Source: the human T2T-CHM13v2.0 reference genome, Homo sapiens. Taken from it: a stretch of 64,000 bases of DNA. Below, in pieces: positions 13,640-26,364 of the stretch (positions within the stretch are counted from its first letter, which is position 1; every line of letters begins with the position of its first letter). The translations under genes and the position numbers were made by a program. The DNA lies in assembly GCF_009914755.1 (NCBI RefSeq), contig NC_060939.1. One strand, 5' to 3'. The notes below the pieces were generated by a model. That model was not told where the DNA came from and did no database searches. It saw only the letters and a program-made list of their open reading frames with translations.

Positions 13640-14350
13640 CAGGTATTGAATTATGAATGGATGTTGCCCAGAAATAATTGCAAACATTATTGCCCCCCAT
13701 ACATGTGTGTCCTCCGCGGGGCTACAGCAATAGATTTTGTTGCTTTAACACTCCAGGTTCATTATAAATTAGAGCTAACACATTAACAGTGGGTCAGGGT
13801 ACATGGGGAGAGGGAATCCCGTTTGCAAGCTCTAAAAGGGACAGATCCCTCAACGGCACACGTTGGTTACTCTCAACTGTTCCTTTCTTTTGATCTATTC
13901 CACCCATCCCTATTAAATAACTAATTATTTAACATCTTTTAAAGCTTTGTTATATATTAGAACAGGCAGGACACAAATGAGTGCTTTTAATAATATAAAA
14001 GCCCATTAGCTTCATTTACTGTTAATGTTAAAATAAACATGAGGCAATTTAGATATACTATTCCAATTTCACGGAAACTTTGATGTTTTTCTTCTCTAGT
14101 CACATAATTAAGGGAAAAACTACTAATGATATTAAGTTTGTACAGTGTTAATGACAGAAACAGGCACAAGCTGAAATTGCAGCCATTAATATGAAAAAAT
14201 AAAATATTTAACAGGGGAGATAGATGAGTGCAATTTTAATAAACCAAAATGAAGAAAATTAATTTTAGAGAGTTCCACAGTCTTTCACATGCTACCATTA
14301 CACCAGCTGTCTAATGTATTATTTTTGTGGTCTGGATTATTTATTGATGG
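13640..14350. promoter_or_regulatory. Candidate conserved non-coding element
   Basis: ~700 bp without a recognisable repeat; very AT-rich; dense TAATTA/ATTAAT/TTAATG, TGACAG and AATAAACA motifs. Confidence 0.4.
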
Positions 14351-14729
14351 TCTGGAGGAATGCCCTGGTTTTTGCATATTGTTCTGTGGATGGTGAAGAT
14401 TTTGCCTTTGTTTGTTTAATTCTCTTCCTATTTCCTTCACTCTACCACCAGTCCCCAAACTGCAATGGCTTTCTTACAGTGTGTGCTTTGACAGAGGGCC
14501 CTTGCCAACAACACGTAGCTGAGACGCAAGGGGTGGGGCACAGTAACCTCCTGAGGGGGCCCAACAGGGACCCCTGGCCACCAGGGGCTGAAATGTTGGG
14601 GTTGCCTCAGAGGTGACAGTGGCTCCCCTGAGTCCGAATGGGGACAGCCACTGCTTTGTCTTCAGCTTGTCTTTATGGATCATCAAGGACTCTCTTGAGA
14701 GGCAGGGTCCTGTTCTCCAGCTTGCCACA

Positions 14730-15145
14730 TGTTATGTGTTAACAGTGTTTGCTGAAAATGTATGTCCACTGAGGACCTCAGAATGTGATCTTATTTGGAC
14801 ACAAGGTCTTTGCAGGTACAATGCAGGTAAGAATTGAGATGTGATCATATTGGATGAGGGTGGGCCCTAAGTCCAATGAGAGTGTCCTCATCAGAGATAG
14901 AAAAGACACCCAGAGACGCAGAGGGAAGATGGACGCAGAGACTGAAGTGATGCTGCCACAAGCCAAGGAGATTTCCCGAGGCCGCCAGACGCTGGCACAG
15001 GCAAGGAAACATTCTTCCCTAGAGCCTTCAGAGGGAGCATGGCCCTACTGACACCTCGATGCCAGACTTCTGGCCTCCAGAACTGGAGAGAGTACATTTG
15101 TATTGTTTTAAGCCATCAAGTTACAGCAGCCACAGGAAAAGAATG
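14730..15145 (+). mobile_element. MLT1B-like solo LTR
   Basis: 'cctcagaatgtgatcttatttgga...ctagagccttcagagggagcatggccct...gacttctggcctccagaact'. Confidence 0.85.
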
Positions 15146-15671
15146 TCTGCTGCAGAGTAGCCCCACAGAAATGAGCGTCCTTGGCTATCTCATGAAGGCC
15201 ATGGAAGGGCTCAAGGAGCAGGCAGAGGGACAAGACTGTTGAAAAGGGAGAGAATGCAGAAGCAGAACTCGAGCCAGCTGCAAGAAAAGGAAGTCCAGCT
15301 GGCAGCAGGACATGGCACCCGTAGCAGGCATAGCATGAGGCTACAAAGCCGTAGCAACAGGAAATTATTCAGGCAATCCAAAGACATCATGAACGACCAA
15401 CCCAGAGAAACAGGGAGGAGCTGTGGGGCCTGGGAGTAGGTACTAAGCAGGTTATCGAGCTGTTGGCTTGAGCCCAGGGAGGTAAGGTGCAGAGCCTGGC
15501 TCTCTCTGTGAGGCACAGAGCACAGCTGGGTTTTTTTGGGTGGAGCATTCAAAGCCTGTTTGTCAGAAAAGCAGCATGCAAGTTGATGGCCAATAACAGT
15601 AGCTCAAAGAATGCTTACTGTGTGTGAAGCAGGCCTAGCATCAGCACAACCCAATGAGACAACTGGTTTTT

Positions 15672-15988
15672 GTTTGTTTTTGTTTGTTTGTTTTTTTGTC
15701 AAGACAGGATCTCACTCTATCACCCAGGCTGGAGTGCAGTGGCATGATCTTGGCTCACTGCAGCCTCAAACTCCTGAGCTCAAGGGATTCTCCTGACTTG
15801 GCCTCCTGAGAAGCTGGAAATACAGGCACATGCCACCATGCCCAACTAATTTTTTTATTTTTATTTTTTATAGAGATGAGGTCTCCCTGTTTTGCCCAGG
15901 ATGATCTTGAAATCCTGTACTCAAGCTATCCTTCTGCCTCAGCCCCCCAACGTGCTGGGATTACAGGCATGAGCCACCATGTCTGGCC
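15672..15988 (-). mobile_element. AluJ with TSD
   Basis: Reverse Alu; flanks AGACAACTGGTTTTT and AGATAACTGGTTTTT. Confidence 0.9.
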
Positions 15989-16289
15989 CAGATAACTGGT
16001 TTTGATACCCTCATTTTGTAGATGAGGAAACGGAGGATAGGAGAGGTGAAAACTGGCCTGAATTAGCATGCTGAGGGAGGGAGCAGATACTTACGCCCAG
16101 GAATCTGAGCCGGGGTCCCAGTCCCTCAAGACCACACTAGCTGTGAGGGGGGCTTCAGTTCAATCTGATTAATGTTGACCAATGTAGCAGCCCTGTGCAA
16201 GGCACTGTGGAGGACAAGAGCTGAATAAGACAAGGCTGTGTCAGTACAGAGGCTGGTTCATAGCAGAAAAGCAGACCAGGAACAAGCAG

Positions 16290-17330
16290 CTCACACAGGG
16301 AGATATCTACTTTCTCCCATGCCAAGAAACCAAAGTCAGGCAGCTCCATGCGTTTTTAGTTCAATGCTTAGTGATGACTTCCATGATTCAGGCGCTCTCT
16401 GTCTGTGTCGGTTACTGGGCTGTTATCTCAGTTCCAAACTCACCCTTCTACCCTGCTTTGTGACACAAGGACTGGGACTCCACAAACCACATTTCTGCTT
16501 TGACAAATGCTCCATGTTAAACCCTGGCAATACGGGGAGCTGGATCCCTCCAGCTGGGCTGGAGGAGGGAGAGGGACTTCCTGTGCCTTCCCAAGGGCTT
16601 TACTCTTCCTGTCAGCATTGCTCTAGCAATGCTTCTTCACCTCGGCAGAAGCAGTTCCTCCTGATAGAAGGCTGAATCTAATTTGCTGCTTTTTCAACAC
16701 ACAGCCTCATTGCACACTGCCTCAGAGTCTGGTCTGCCCTGCTGGGCTCATCCTCTAAGCTCAGGGACACCCACACCAACCATGCTGCACCTCCTTCTCA
16801 GAGGTCTCCTTCTCTAAGTACGTGTTAGTGACTCCCACCCCTTTCCTGTTTCTCCCAGCCCTGCAAGTAGCATCTGCTTCTTGCAGTTGCTACCTCCCTT
16901 TTCACCCATCCAGTTACCCAGTTGACGTGATTCATAACAAATTCTCCTTGTTAACATAACTGGTATGGCTTCTGACCCCTGCCTGGTTCTGCCCTCCCCA
17001 ATATGCTGGTGACATCACACCTCATGGTCACATGGTGGCTGCAGCAATCCCAATGGACAAATGTTGAACAGGTCCAGAGGCAGAAAATTACCTCTTTCCT
17101 CTTGCCCCATGTCTTTTTAAGCACAAAAGAAACACTCCTGCAAGTTCTCCTAGCAAATTTCCCCTCTCATTTCACCAGACAGAGTCAGATCTCATGCCTC
17201 TCCTCAGTCAATCCCTAGCAAGGGGAATGAGAAACTGTGATCAGCTTAGACAAATCAGGATCCATCTCTGGGGCTGGGGCTGTGGTCACTCCCATGGCCA
17301 GGCAGAAGGGGACCAGCTGAACAAAAGTCA
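16290..17330 (-). mobile_element. Old MLT1 (K-like) LTR split by an LTR33-like element
   Basis: 'cctcatggtcacatggtggctgcagca' and 'ccctagcaaggggaatgag...gcttagacaaatcaggat' pieces flank the insert. Confidence 0.5.
16405..16995 (+). mobile_element. LTR33-like ERVL LTR
   Basis: 'ctcagttccaaactcacccttcta...gggactccacaaaccacatttc' and end 'aaattctccttgttaacataactggtatggcttctg'. Confidence 0.65.
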
Positions 17331-18024
17331 GGCTTTGCAAGAAAGGAAGAAAGATCGAGGATGGGGACGGGTCTTATCTGCTGTGACTGCTCCACCATCC
17401 CGCCCTCTAGTGGGAGACGTTGGCACATACAGATCCTGGTGTTAGGTGCTAGGATGGGCTAGGCGCAGAGGATGGGGCGTGATCTCTGCAGGAGATCAGG
17501 GGAGGTCTCACAGAGCAGGTGGGGTGTGAACTGACACTCCAAGCCTGGGTGGACTTTCTCAGGCAACAGGTGAAGTAAGACTTTCCAGATAAAAGATAAG
17601 GCCTGTGTGAAGTCACAGGTAGGTGGTGAGAATGTGACACAACTGGGAACAGAAAGTGGTTGAGTGTGATTTGAGCACGGTGGGACACAGGGGATGTGGC
17701 CTTCCAGGTCAGCAGGGATGGAACAAGGAAGGCCCCGTAGGGCATGTGGAGGCCTCGGTGGGTGGCTACAGTGCCTGCTTCAGGTCTGTAGAGGATGGAG
17801 CCAGGGCAGCAGGTCTGGAAGAAGGGCCTATGGGAGGTGAGCACCTTGGGGGCAGAGAACATAAGGACCCCACAGCCCCCATCTCTGATCCTATCCCTTC
17901 CTTCCTCCTTCCCTCCCCTTCTCTTCACAAAGGCATTGCCTTTGTTGATATCACCGAACAGAAACTAAAGATGTAGGAAGTATAGGCTCTGCCCACAAGG
18001 AGCTTAACGCCTTTTTTCCCCTTC

Positions 18025-18725
18025 TTTTTTTTTCATTATGGTAAAAAATACATATGACACTTCATCATAATCATTTTTAGGTGTTCATTTCATTGATATT
18101 AAGCATGTTCACGTTATTGTTCAACCGTCACCACCGTACATCTCCAAAACTTTTTCATCATCCCAAACTGAAACTCAGTACCCATTAAGCACAAACTCCC
18201 CATCCCCTCTTCCCCATCCTCTGGCAACAACCACCATCCTACGTCCTGCTCTCTGAGTTTGACTACTTTATGGACCTAATATGAATGGAACCATACTGTA
18301 TTTATCCTCTTGCGTTTGGCTCATTTCACTTAGCGTAATGCCCTCAAGGTTCACCCATGTTGCAGCCTGTGTCAGAATTTCCTCCTTTTTAAGGCTGAAT
18401 AATATTCCACTGTACGGATATGCCACATCTCGTTCACTAATCCATCTGTGGACACTAGGGTTGCTTCCACCTTTTGACTGTTGTGAATAACGCTGCTATG
18501 AACATGGGTGTACATATACCTGTTTGAGTCCCTGCTATCCATTCTTTTGTGTACATACTAAGAAGTGGAATTGCTGGATTGTATGGAAATTCCATGTTTA
18601 ATTTCTTGAGGAACCGACATCCTGTTCTCCACAGCAGCCACAGCATTTCACAAGGGTTCCAATTTCTCCACATCCTCAACATTTATCTTCCGTTATTTTG
18701 ACAATAGCCATCTTAATGGGCATGT
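18025..18725 (-). mobile_element. L1MB 3' end
   Basis: 'tttttcatcatcccaaactgaaactcagtacccattaa', 'aaggctgaataatattcc', 'gacaatagccatcttaatggg'. Confidence 0.9.
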
Positions 18726-19916
18726 GCGGTACAGCCTAGCTTTTGAGCCAAGGCAAACCCATGGGAAAATGAACCAATAATAAAGCAGTTGAAATATCAA
18801 CAACCATGACAGGGAGACAAGGACTGAGCAGATAATGGAAAAGAGGCGTGTGGGAGGGGTGAAGGATGCCTCAGATCCTGGAGGACATGGTATCCCATGG
18901 CAACCTTGGGGGAAAGCCCAGCTTTGGTCACTGCCTGGTAGAAGGGGACATGTGGCCAAGAAAGGGGAGGGCAGGTCATGGGTGTTGCGTGCCAGTAGGG
19001 AAGGCCATGAATTCACAGATGGAGCCTGGCCCCAGGGCTTGTCAAAATGGAACAATATTCCCAACCAACTCTTGCCCAACCTGCAGACCCTCTCCAATGT
19101 CTTGCTTTCCAGGGCCTCTTCCACATCCTTCCTTCTCTCTCTTCCTCAGTTACAGTCCCAGGGCCTCCATCAGAGTCTGGCACACATCAGGACCTTAGGG
19201 AATCGTTATTAATGGAAGGAAGAAAGATACATGAAAGATGGTGTTAGCCCCCATTTCACAGACAGGGAAACTGAGGGTGGAGCTGATCTCATTCCATGGA
19301 ATTGCCGCCCAGCCTGGGTTTCCATGATGCTCCCCGAGCTCTGAGCTCGCTGCTGGCTACACAGGAGGAGGCATCCCCTTCAGATGTCTGCTGCACAAAT
19401 GCTGCTCACAGGTAGTGCCCCAAACCATTCTACACCCCCCTCTGCCCACTCTCTCCCTGGGCCATGCCAACTGGTTGCAATCTTTCAAAGGAAACTCCCC
19501 ATGCAGAGAGGATGCTATGATTTTCCACCTACTCACCCATTACAGAATATACTTAATTACAGAATTAATTAAATAGTTACAGGAATTAATTGAATAAATT
19601 CCTTTCACTTGCATGGAACCACTTGTTTTGGGGGCTCCACATATGCATACATGTGTGAGAGTGTGAGAGAGAGCCCCCAGCAGGTCAAATGGTGGACACA
19701 GTCATCTGTTGGCTTCCTCGGCTCTGCTGGCCAGGAATCAAGTCCTTACCTGGAGAGCAGGATTCCACTGGCCTCACCCAGGTATTTAGGCTGTAATGTA
19801 TAACAGGGCATGCATGATGTCCCCGACTGCCACTGAAATGGATCCACAGGCCAAAGGGAAATGCATGAACTACTTTAGCTGTCCGGGAATCCAGCGTAAT
19901 GAACATCCAAAGGTGT

Positions 19917-19960
19917 TTTATTCCTAGCTCACTAATTCTTTATTCCTAGCTCACTAATTT
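19917..19960. repeat. 22-bp tandem duplication
   Basis: TTTATTCCTAGCTCACTAATT(C/T) twice. Confidence 0.9.
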
Positions 19961-20063
19961 TTTTCTTACATTAATTCTTGGGTGGGAATGTTTCCATAAT
20001 TTCAGGTCCGAGGAAAGGGCTAAGTCTGTCTGTCAGCAAAGGGCTCAAAGTTTCGTAGATCTG

Positions 20064-20231
20064 AGCCAGGCACAGTGGCTCACACCTGTAATCCTAGTGC
20101 TTTGGGAGTCTGAGACTGGAGGATCACTTGAGCCCAGAAGTTTGAGGCTGCAATGAAGTATGATCATGCCACAGCACTCCAGCCTGGGATAACAAAGCAA
20201 GACTCTATCAGCAAAAAAAAAAAAAAAAAAA
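20064..20231 (+). mobile_element. FRAM/Alu monomer
   Basis: Single Alu arm with poly(A). Confidence 0.85.
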
Positions 20232-20452
20232 GATTGGAACCATTTGGTATTTTCATGACATGTTCACTTCTGCTTATTAAACCATGTCAAGGCAGATGGG
20301 CAAGGATAATTTTGAGACTTGACAACATGGGTGGTGAGATATGAGGGGCATGGTGGCAGAAAGAGCCCTAGTTGATGAGTCCAAAAATCCAGCTTCCCTT
20401 TTCCAGCTGTTGCTAGCTCTTGGTGTGACCCAGACAGAGTCACTTCACCCAC

Positions 20453-20811
20453 TGATATGGTTTGGCTGTGTCCCCACCCAAATCTCATCTTGAATTGTAG
20501 CTCCCATAATTCCTACATGTTGTGGGAGGGACCCCGTGGGAGATAATTGAATCACGGGGACAGTTTCCCCCATACTGTTCTTGTGGTAGCGAATAAGTCA
20601 CATGAGATCTGATGGCTTTATAAGGGGAAACACCTTTCACTTTGCTCTCATCTTCTCTCATCTGCCGCCATGTAAGACATGCCTTTACCTTCCACTATGA
20701 TTGTGAGGCCTCCCCAGCCACGTGGAACTGTGAGTCTATTAAACCCCTTTTTCTTTATAAATTACCCAGTCTCAGGTATGTCTTTATCAGCAGTGTGAAA
20801 ACATTAATACA
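20453..20811 (+). mobile_element. THE1 solo LTR with 5-bp TSD, inserted in a MIR
   Basis: TGATATGGTTTGGCTGTGTCCCCACCCAAATCTC...TAATACA; TSD CCCAC at 20448-20452 and 20812-20816. Confidence 0.93.
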
Positions 20812-20867
20812 CCCACTTTGGGTCCTGGTTTTTGTAGCAGACGTTATCAGTGCCCCATGAATATCCC

Positions 20868-21010
20868 CTGTGTTTCTCAACCCAGGCACTATTGACACCA
20901 GGGGCTGGATAATCCTTTGTTGTGGCCCTTTCTTGTAAACTGGAGGATATTTAGCAGCATCTGTGGCCTCCAGATGCCAGCCAGACCCCTGTCCTTGCCA
21001 TGTCCTCAAC
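20868..21010. mobile_element. MER20 fragment
   Basis: 'tttctcaacccaggcactattgacac...ggataatcctttgttgtgg...ggatatttagcagcatc'. Confidence 0.75.
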
Positions 21011-21204
21011 TTAGCTCCATGGCAAGGCTAAAACTACTTGAGTGCAATTGAGTGCTATCACCCTCTCAATGCATGGCCAGAGCCAAGCTCAGCAAGGGTT
21101 TGTTCACTCACCAATTGCCTGACCAGGGACAGCAAAGCAACAGGGGCAGGGAGTATCTGACCCAGTGACCCAGGGGAGCACCCAGTGGGTATAGCAAAGT
21201 GGAG

Positions 21205-21620
21205 AATGGAAACCAACACTTACTGAGAATTAAACTTACATTAGGCACATAACATATATTATCCAACTTCATCCTCAGGATAACTTTTTGGGACCTCTGT
21301 TTATAATCTCATCTGACAGACAGGGAGTAGTGACTCAGAGATATTAAGCAATTACCCAAGGTCACACAGATAGTAAGGCACTGAGCTGGGATTTGAACAT
21401 TCATCTGTCTGGCTTCAAGATCCATGTTTGTTCAACTATGCCACCGATCGGTCTCAGAAAATCTGTACTTGTGATTGTGTGATATAAGTCAATGTGAGGT
21501 TAAGATTTATCAAGCTAAAGATAATTTCAAAGTCATCTAATCCAGCTACTCATTTTTACTGTTAGTAAACTGAAGCCCACAGCAGAAAAATGACTTGCCC
21601 AAGGTTGCGGCAGAGCCAAG
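21205..21620 (-). mobile_element. MIR fragments
   Basis: 'attacccaaggtcacacagatagtaaggcactgagctgggatttgaac'; 'gacttgcccaaggttg'. Confidence 0.7.
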
Positions 21621-21789
21621 ACAAGCCCCTGGCTCTGGGTGACAGCATGGCCCAACCCCTTTCCTCTGTACCATTCTCCAGGGACAAGAAAGCTCCTGGG
21701 CTTGGGAAATCAGGGAAGCTCATCCAGAAGGGAAGAACTCTGGCCTAGTTAGAGAAGGGAAGGGAAGGGAATTTTCCAGGATATAAACT

Positions 21790-22505
21790 TTGTTGGGGCA
21801 CAGAGAACAATACCACAACGCATGACTTTTTGGCATGCTGAGCACTTTGAAGTAAGAAAAATTGGAAGGCCTTAATAGCTGCTTAACTTTCTAACCTTCT
21901 CTTGTTTCTCTTCCCACAACCCCAGTGCAGAGGGAGGCTGTTTCTGAAATTTTCTTATCTGACTAAGGAAACTTATTTCCAAAAGAAATGCAATTGTCTT
22001 AAGACCCCCTCCTCAGGAATCTCATCAAATAACCAGGAAAGGTTAACCACTGGAGAAGAAACTAAAAGTCATCACCATGCCCAAACAGGATTTTTATCTA
22101 TTCTTCTGAGGGCACCTCCAAAAGTCTACCTGGGAGCCTTTATCTGCATGATAAGATAATCTTTGCTGACAGTGAAGACCTGCCCCCCACCTTCCTGTCA
22201 CCTCCCTCAGAGCTCAGATGAACTTTGCCTTAGGCCATTGTCCTTTGGGCTCATCCATTTTCCTCTGAAAATCATTCACCATCCCTCACAATCTCCTATG
22301 TTCCCCCCATTTCTTTCTACCCTATCAAGAGGGTATTGAAGCCTCAAGCATCTGGGCCTTCTTTGAATCTCACATTTTCAGGACTGTCATGTTTACATAT
22401 ACGTAAATAAATTTTTAAGCCTTTTTCTCCTATTAATCTGTCTACTGTCAGTCATTTCAGCAAAACATCAGAGAAGACAGAAAGAAGCTTTCCTTCTGTC
22501 CCATG
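21790..22505 (+). mobile_element. MER39-like ERV1 solo LTR
   Basis: Starts TGTTGGGGCACAGAGAACAATACC; internal 'gaaatgcaattgtcttaagac'; AATAAA near 22406. Confidence 0.7.
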
Positions 22506-22624
22506 ACTTCATGCCAGGTAATAAGCATATGCTATCTCATTTAACCTTCTCACAGGCTCTTTGGATTGCCCCTATTGTACAATTGGTACAATTGTAGGAA
22601 AAGATGTGAAGGTTTTTGAAATGG

Positions 22625-22900
22625 GAAAGAAGAAAGAGAGAAAGAAAGAAAGAGAGAGAGAGAGAAAGAAAGAAAGAAAAAGAAAGAAAGAAAGAAAAGA
22701 ATAAAGAAAGAGGAAAGAAGAGGGGCGGGAGGGAGGGAGGGAAGGAAGGAAGGAAAGAAGGAAGGAAGGAAGGAAGGAAAAGGCAGGAAGGAAAGAAAGA
22801 AGAGAGAGAAAAAGAAAGAAAAGAGAGAAAGAGAAAGAAAGAAGAGAGAAAGAGAAAGAAAGAAGAGAGAAAGAAAGGAAGGAAGGAAGGAAGGAAAGGA
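22625..22900 (+). repeat. Polypurine (GAAA/GGAA/GAGA)n tract
   Basis: ~275 bp almost purely A/G. Confidence 0.95.
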
Positions 22901-23230
22901 CTTTTCTGGGTTATCTGTGCCTTTTTGTCTTTGAGCCATTTTACAACTCTATACATTGTAGAAAACTAATGATAATACAAATGATCTTGTCCACAGAGAA
23001 GAAAATAAATGTTGTTTGTTGTAATGCAATTGATTATCATCCTAAGGATACTGGCCAATTTTGCAATTATTTATGGATTCATTTCAAATTTCCTATATGT
23101 GTGTATGTGTGCTCTTTTGAATTCTCCTTTGGACTAGTTTTTAACATGTTACTGGTTCCTGCATTAATTAGTGAGTTAAATAAAATCTTTTTAACACTTA
23201 TTCATCTTTGTATTAAAGTGACTTCTTTAC

Positions 23231-23595
23231 CATATTAGACTATTCTCACGCTGCTGTAAAGGACTGCCTGAAACTATAAAGGTAATTTACAAAGGAAAGA
23301 AGTTTGATTGACTCACAGTTCTACATGGCTGGGGAGGCCTCAGGAAACTTACAATCATGGTGGAAGGGGAAGCAAGCACATCTTTCTTCACATGGCAGCA
23401 GCAAGGAGAAGTGCTGAGCAAAGGGGAGAAAAGTTCCTTATAAAACCATCAGATCTCATGAGAACTAACTCATTATCATGAGAAGAGGATGGGAGAAACC
23501 GCCCCCATGATTCAATTATCTCCACGTGGTCCCTCCCACAACATGTGGGGATTATGGGAACTATAATCAAGATGGGGTTTGGGTGCAGACACAAT
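23231..23595 (-). mobile_element. THE1 (D-like) LTR
   Basis: 'gactcacagttctacatggctggggaggcctcaggaaacttacaatcatgg...taaaaccatcagatctcatgagaact'. Confidence 0.9.
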
Positions 23596-23630
23596 TATCC
23601 TTTAACATAGATGTCAAAACTTAAAATTTA

Positions 23631-23760
23631 AGCCAGGTGCAGTGGCTCATGCCTATACTCCAAGCTACTCAAGAAGCTGAGGCAAAAGGATTCCTTGAGC
23701 TCCAGAGTTTGAGGTCAACCTGGACAACATAGCGAGACTCCCTTAAAAAAAAAAAAAAAA
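23631..23760 (+). mobile_element. FLAM Alu monomer
   Basis: ~115-bp left-arm-type monomer with poly(A). Confidence 0.85.
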
Positions 23761-24129
23761 CCTTAGTATTTAAGTACCTTGCCCAGAGTCATAGCTTGTA
23801 AAAGCTACAGACTAAGTCCAAACCTCCTGTTCTTTCTGCTATCTGCTCCCATACCCAGCTTTACAGCTTTCCTTCTTATAGCCTCTGATTTGCAAGAGTT
23901 ATGGCTGTGTGGTCATAACTCACTAATTAGGGAAGGAACCAGTAAGGTGTTAAAAGCTAGTTCAAAGGAGAATTTAAAACAGTCTTGGTTTCCTCAGTTT
24001 TCAACTGAGGACTCAAAGCTTAACCCTGGTTAGCTCAGTTATTCATGTAGAGTCCTGTATATGGACATATTTTGAGAAGAGTGAAAACCCCATGCATGAA
24101 TAAGTGTATTATGATAAGGGAGGCCCACG

Positions 24130-24370
24130 GGGCTGTGGACTTGGAATTAGAAGATCTGAGGCCAAATTCTGGCTCCACCACTTAGCAGCCCTGTGACCTT
24201 CATGAAATCACTCAATCCTGTCTTGGACCCTCAGTCTCCTTTTGCTGTCAAACAGGGACCCCATCTGACAGTTATGCTGCCAATATCCCAGAGATATTTT
24301 AAGGACGGAGCAAGATAATGGATGTGCAAGTGCATTATAGACTGTAGAGCGCAATAGTGAGGTTAAGCAT
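24130..24370 (+). mobile_element. MIR
   Basis: 'ttggaattagaagatctgag...ctggctccaccacttagcagccctgtgacctt'. Confidence 0.65.
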
Positions 24371-25024
24371 TAGTGTGATTTTTACTGTTGTTAATGTCCT
24401 CGCTCCAACTGCTGCAGAGGGGAGGGGTGAGGAAGTTTGAATGCAGGAGCACCTGGACCCTCTCCCTGTGGCCTACGTCTCTGGGGACAAACCAGGGCTG
24501 CTAAGAACAGGGGCTCCCACCTTGAGCTCCCTGCCCCTCACCCTTCTCTCCACAGCCCTCAGCCAAGCCAGCCGCAGTGGTCAAGTCCACCTTCATCTGG
24601 AGGTGTTTTCCCAATGAAACCTGGGCCAGGGATACATTTTCGCAGGTCCCGCAGACACTGCTAAGCCAGTACAGATGTTCCATGAGAAGACCATTCACAA
24701 AACCCTCACATCAGCTCATCCGTGCTTCCCAGTTACTCATAGCTGCATGATTTCCAAGCCCTGTCCACCTGGATATTTTCCTAAGATGACTTTTCCAGGT
24801 GTGAGCTCACTCAAGCCCAGCCAGCTGGGCAAGTGTGGAGTTCCTACCCAGTGCTGGTAAGAACAGTGGGAGGAGGCCTGGCCTCCCACCCTCACCCTCC
24901 ATCAGGAGACAGCATCACAGAACTTCAGGGGCAAAGACAGGCAGAGGTGATCAAGGCCAAAGGACTCCAGCTCCAGCTGCTAGGTATCAAAATTACCTGC
25001 GGGAGCTTTCAAAAATTCAGATTA

Positions 25025-25365
<341 letters not shown>

Positions 25366-25639
25366 TCAGAATGTGAAATGGTGAGGCCAATAAGATTTAT
25401 TTTTCAAATCTTCCCAAGGCTTCTAGTGCCCAGCAGACTGGTTTGCAAACCAGTCTTCTAAAGCAATCTTCTTTCTATCATTAAGGAGCCCATGACACAG
25501 AGGTGTTAAGTTCAAGGTCTCTTGGGTCAGCTTTTGGATCCACTGTTCCAAAGGGACAGGTTCTTAGGGGGCTGGCATTTTCTTGGAGTGAAGCAGGAGC
25601 TGCTGCAGGGGCTGAGAAAGCAGGAAGGAGCTCTTTGCT

Positions 25640-25980
25640 GCATTCCAGAGCAGATCTGGCTGTGAATAAACGAGAAAGAGCTTTAGTGTAAGCTGGGCTG
25701 AATGGATAATTAAACAGATAGCAAAATGGAATGCAGTTGCACACACCTCCCGGGAGCTGGCTGGGGGGAGATAATATGCCTTCCTGTCGTCAGAAGGCAC
25801 AGGAGGAAAAACAACTGGGCCTGGCCGTTGGCCATTTAACAATATTGCTTTTGTAAACAAGTTGAAAAATCCAATAACTGTAAAACTTATGGCATGTCCT
25901 TAAAAGCCTGTTGCTGTTTTCCCTATAAATGGATGAGCGTTTCCGACTGAAGGTGTTCTAATTAAACAGTCCGCATCCCC
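25640..25980. promoter_or_regulatory. Candidate conserved non-coding element
   Basis: No recognisable repeat; GATAATTAAACA, TGTAAACAA (forkhead-type), AACAAT and CTAATTAAACA motifs. Confidence 0.35.
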
Positions 25981-26364
25981 AGGGACTGCGAGGTCATCCT
26001 AGGGAAGGAGGGTCTGATCCCTCCTCTTGGCCTCAGGACCACAGGTGGGGGTGGCGAGCTCGGGGTGCAGCCAGGCAGTGTTTTGTTTGTTTTGTTAGTC
26101 ACTGTGCTGGATTGTAGCTGAACAGCTCTCTTCCTTCCTGTTGTCTACAAGGACTCCAAAGAGCAATCCAGCACAAACTCAAAGAAACAAACTCTTACGA
26201 TAGAAGCACGGCAGTGAGTGCCCACCAAAGAGGCAGCCCTTCAGGCTGGGAAGAGAGAGAAGTCTGGATCCGTTCATCAGGAAACACTTTGGTGGTGCAA
26301 GCAACAGAAAGGTAGAAAGTCTAGTTCTAGGCCTAGAGGAGCTCACAGTCCTGATGGGAAGAGA

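Noticed and set aside
22537-22969. Lys/Glu/Arg-rich and Phe/Ser/Leu-rich ORFs
   Set aside because: They are translations of the polypurine tract.
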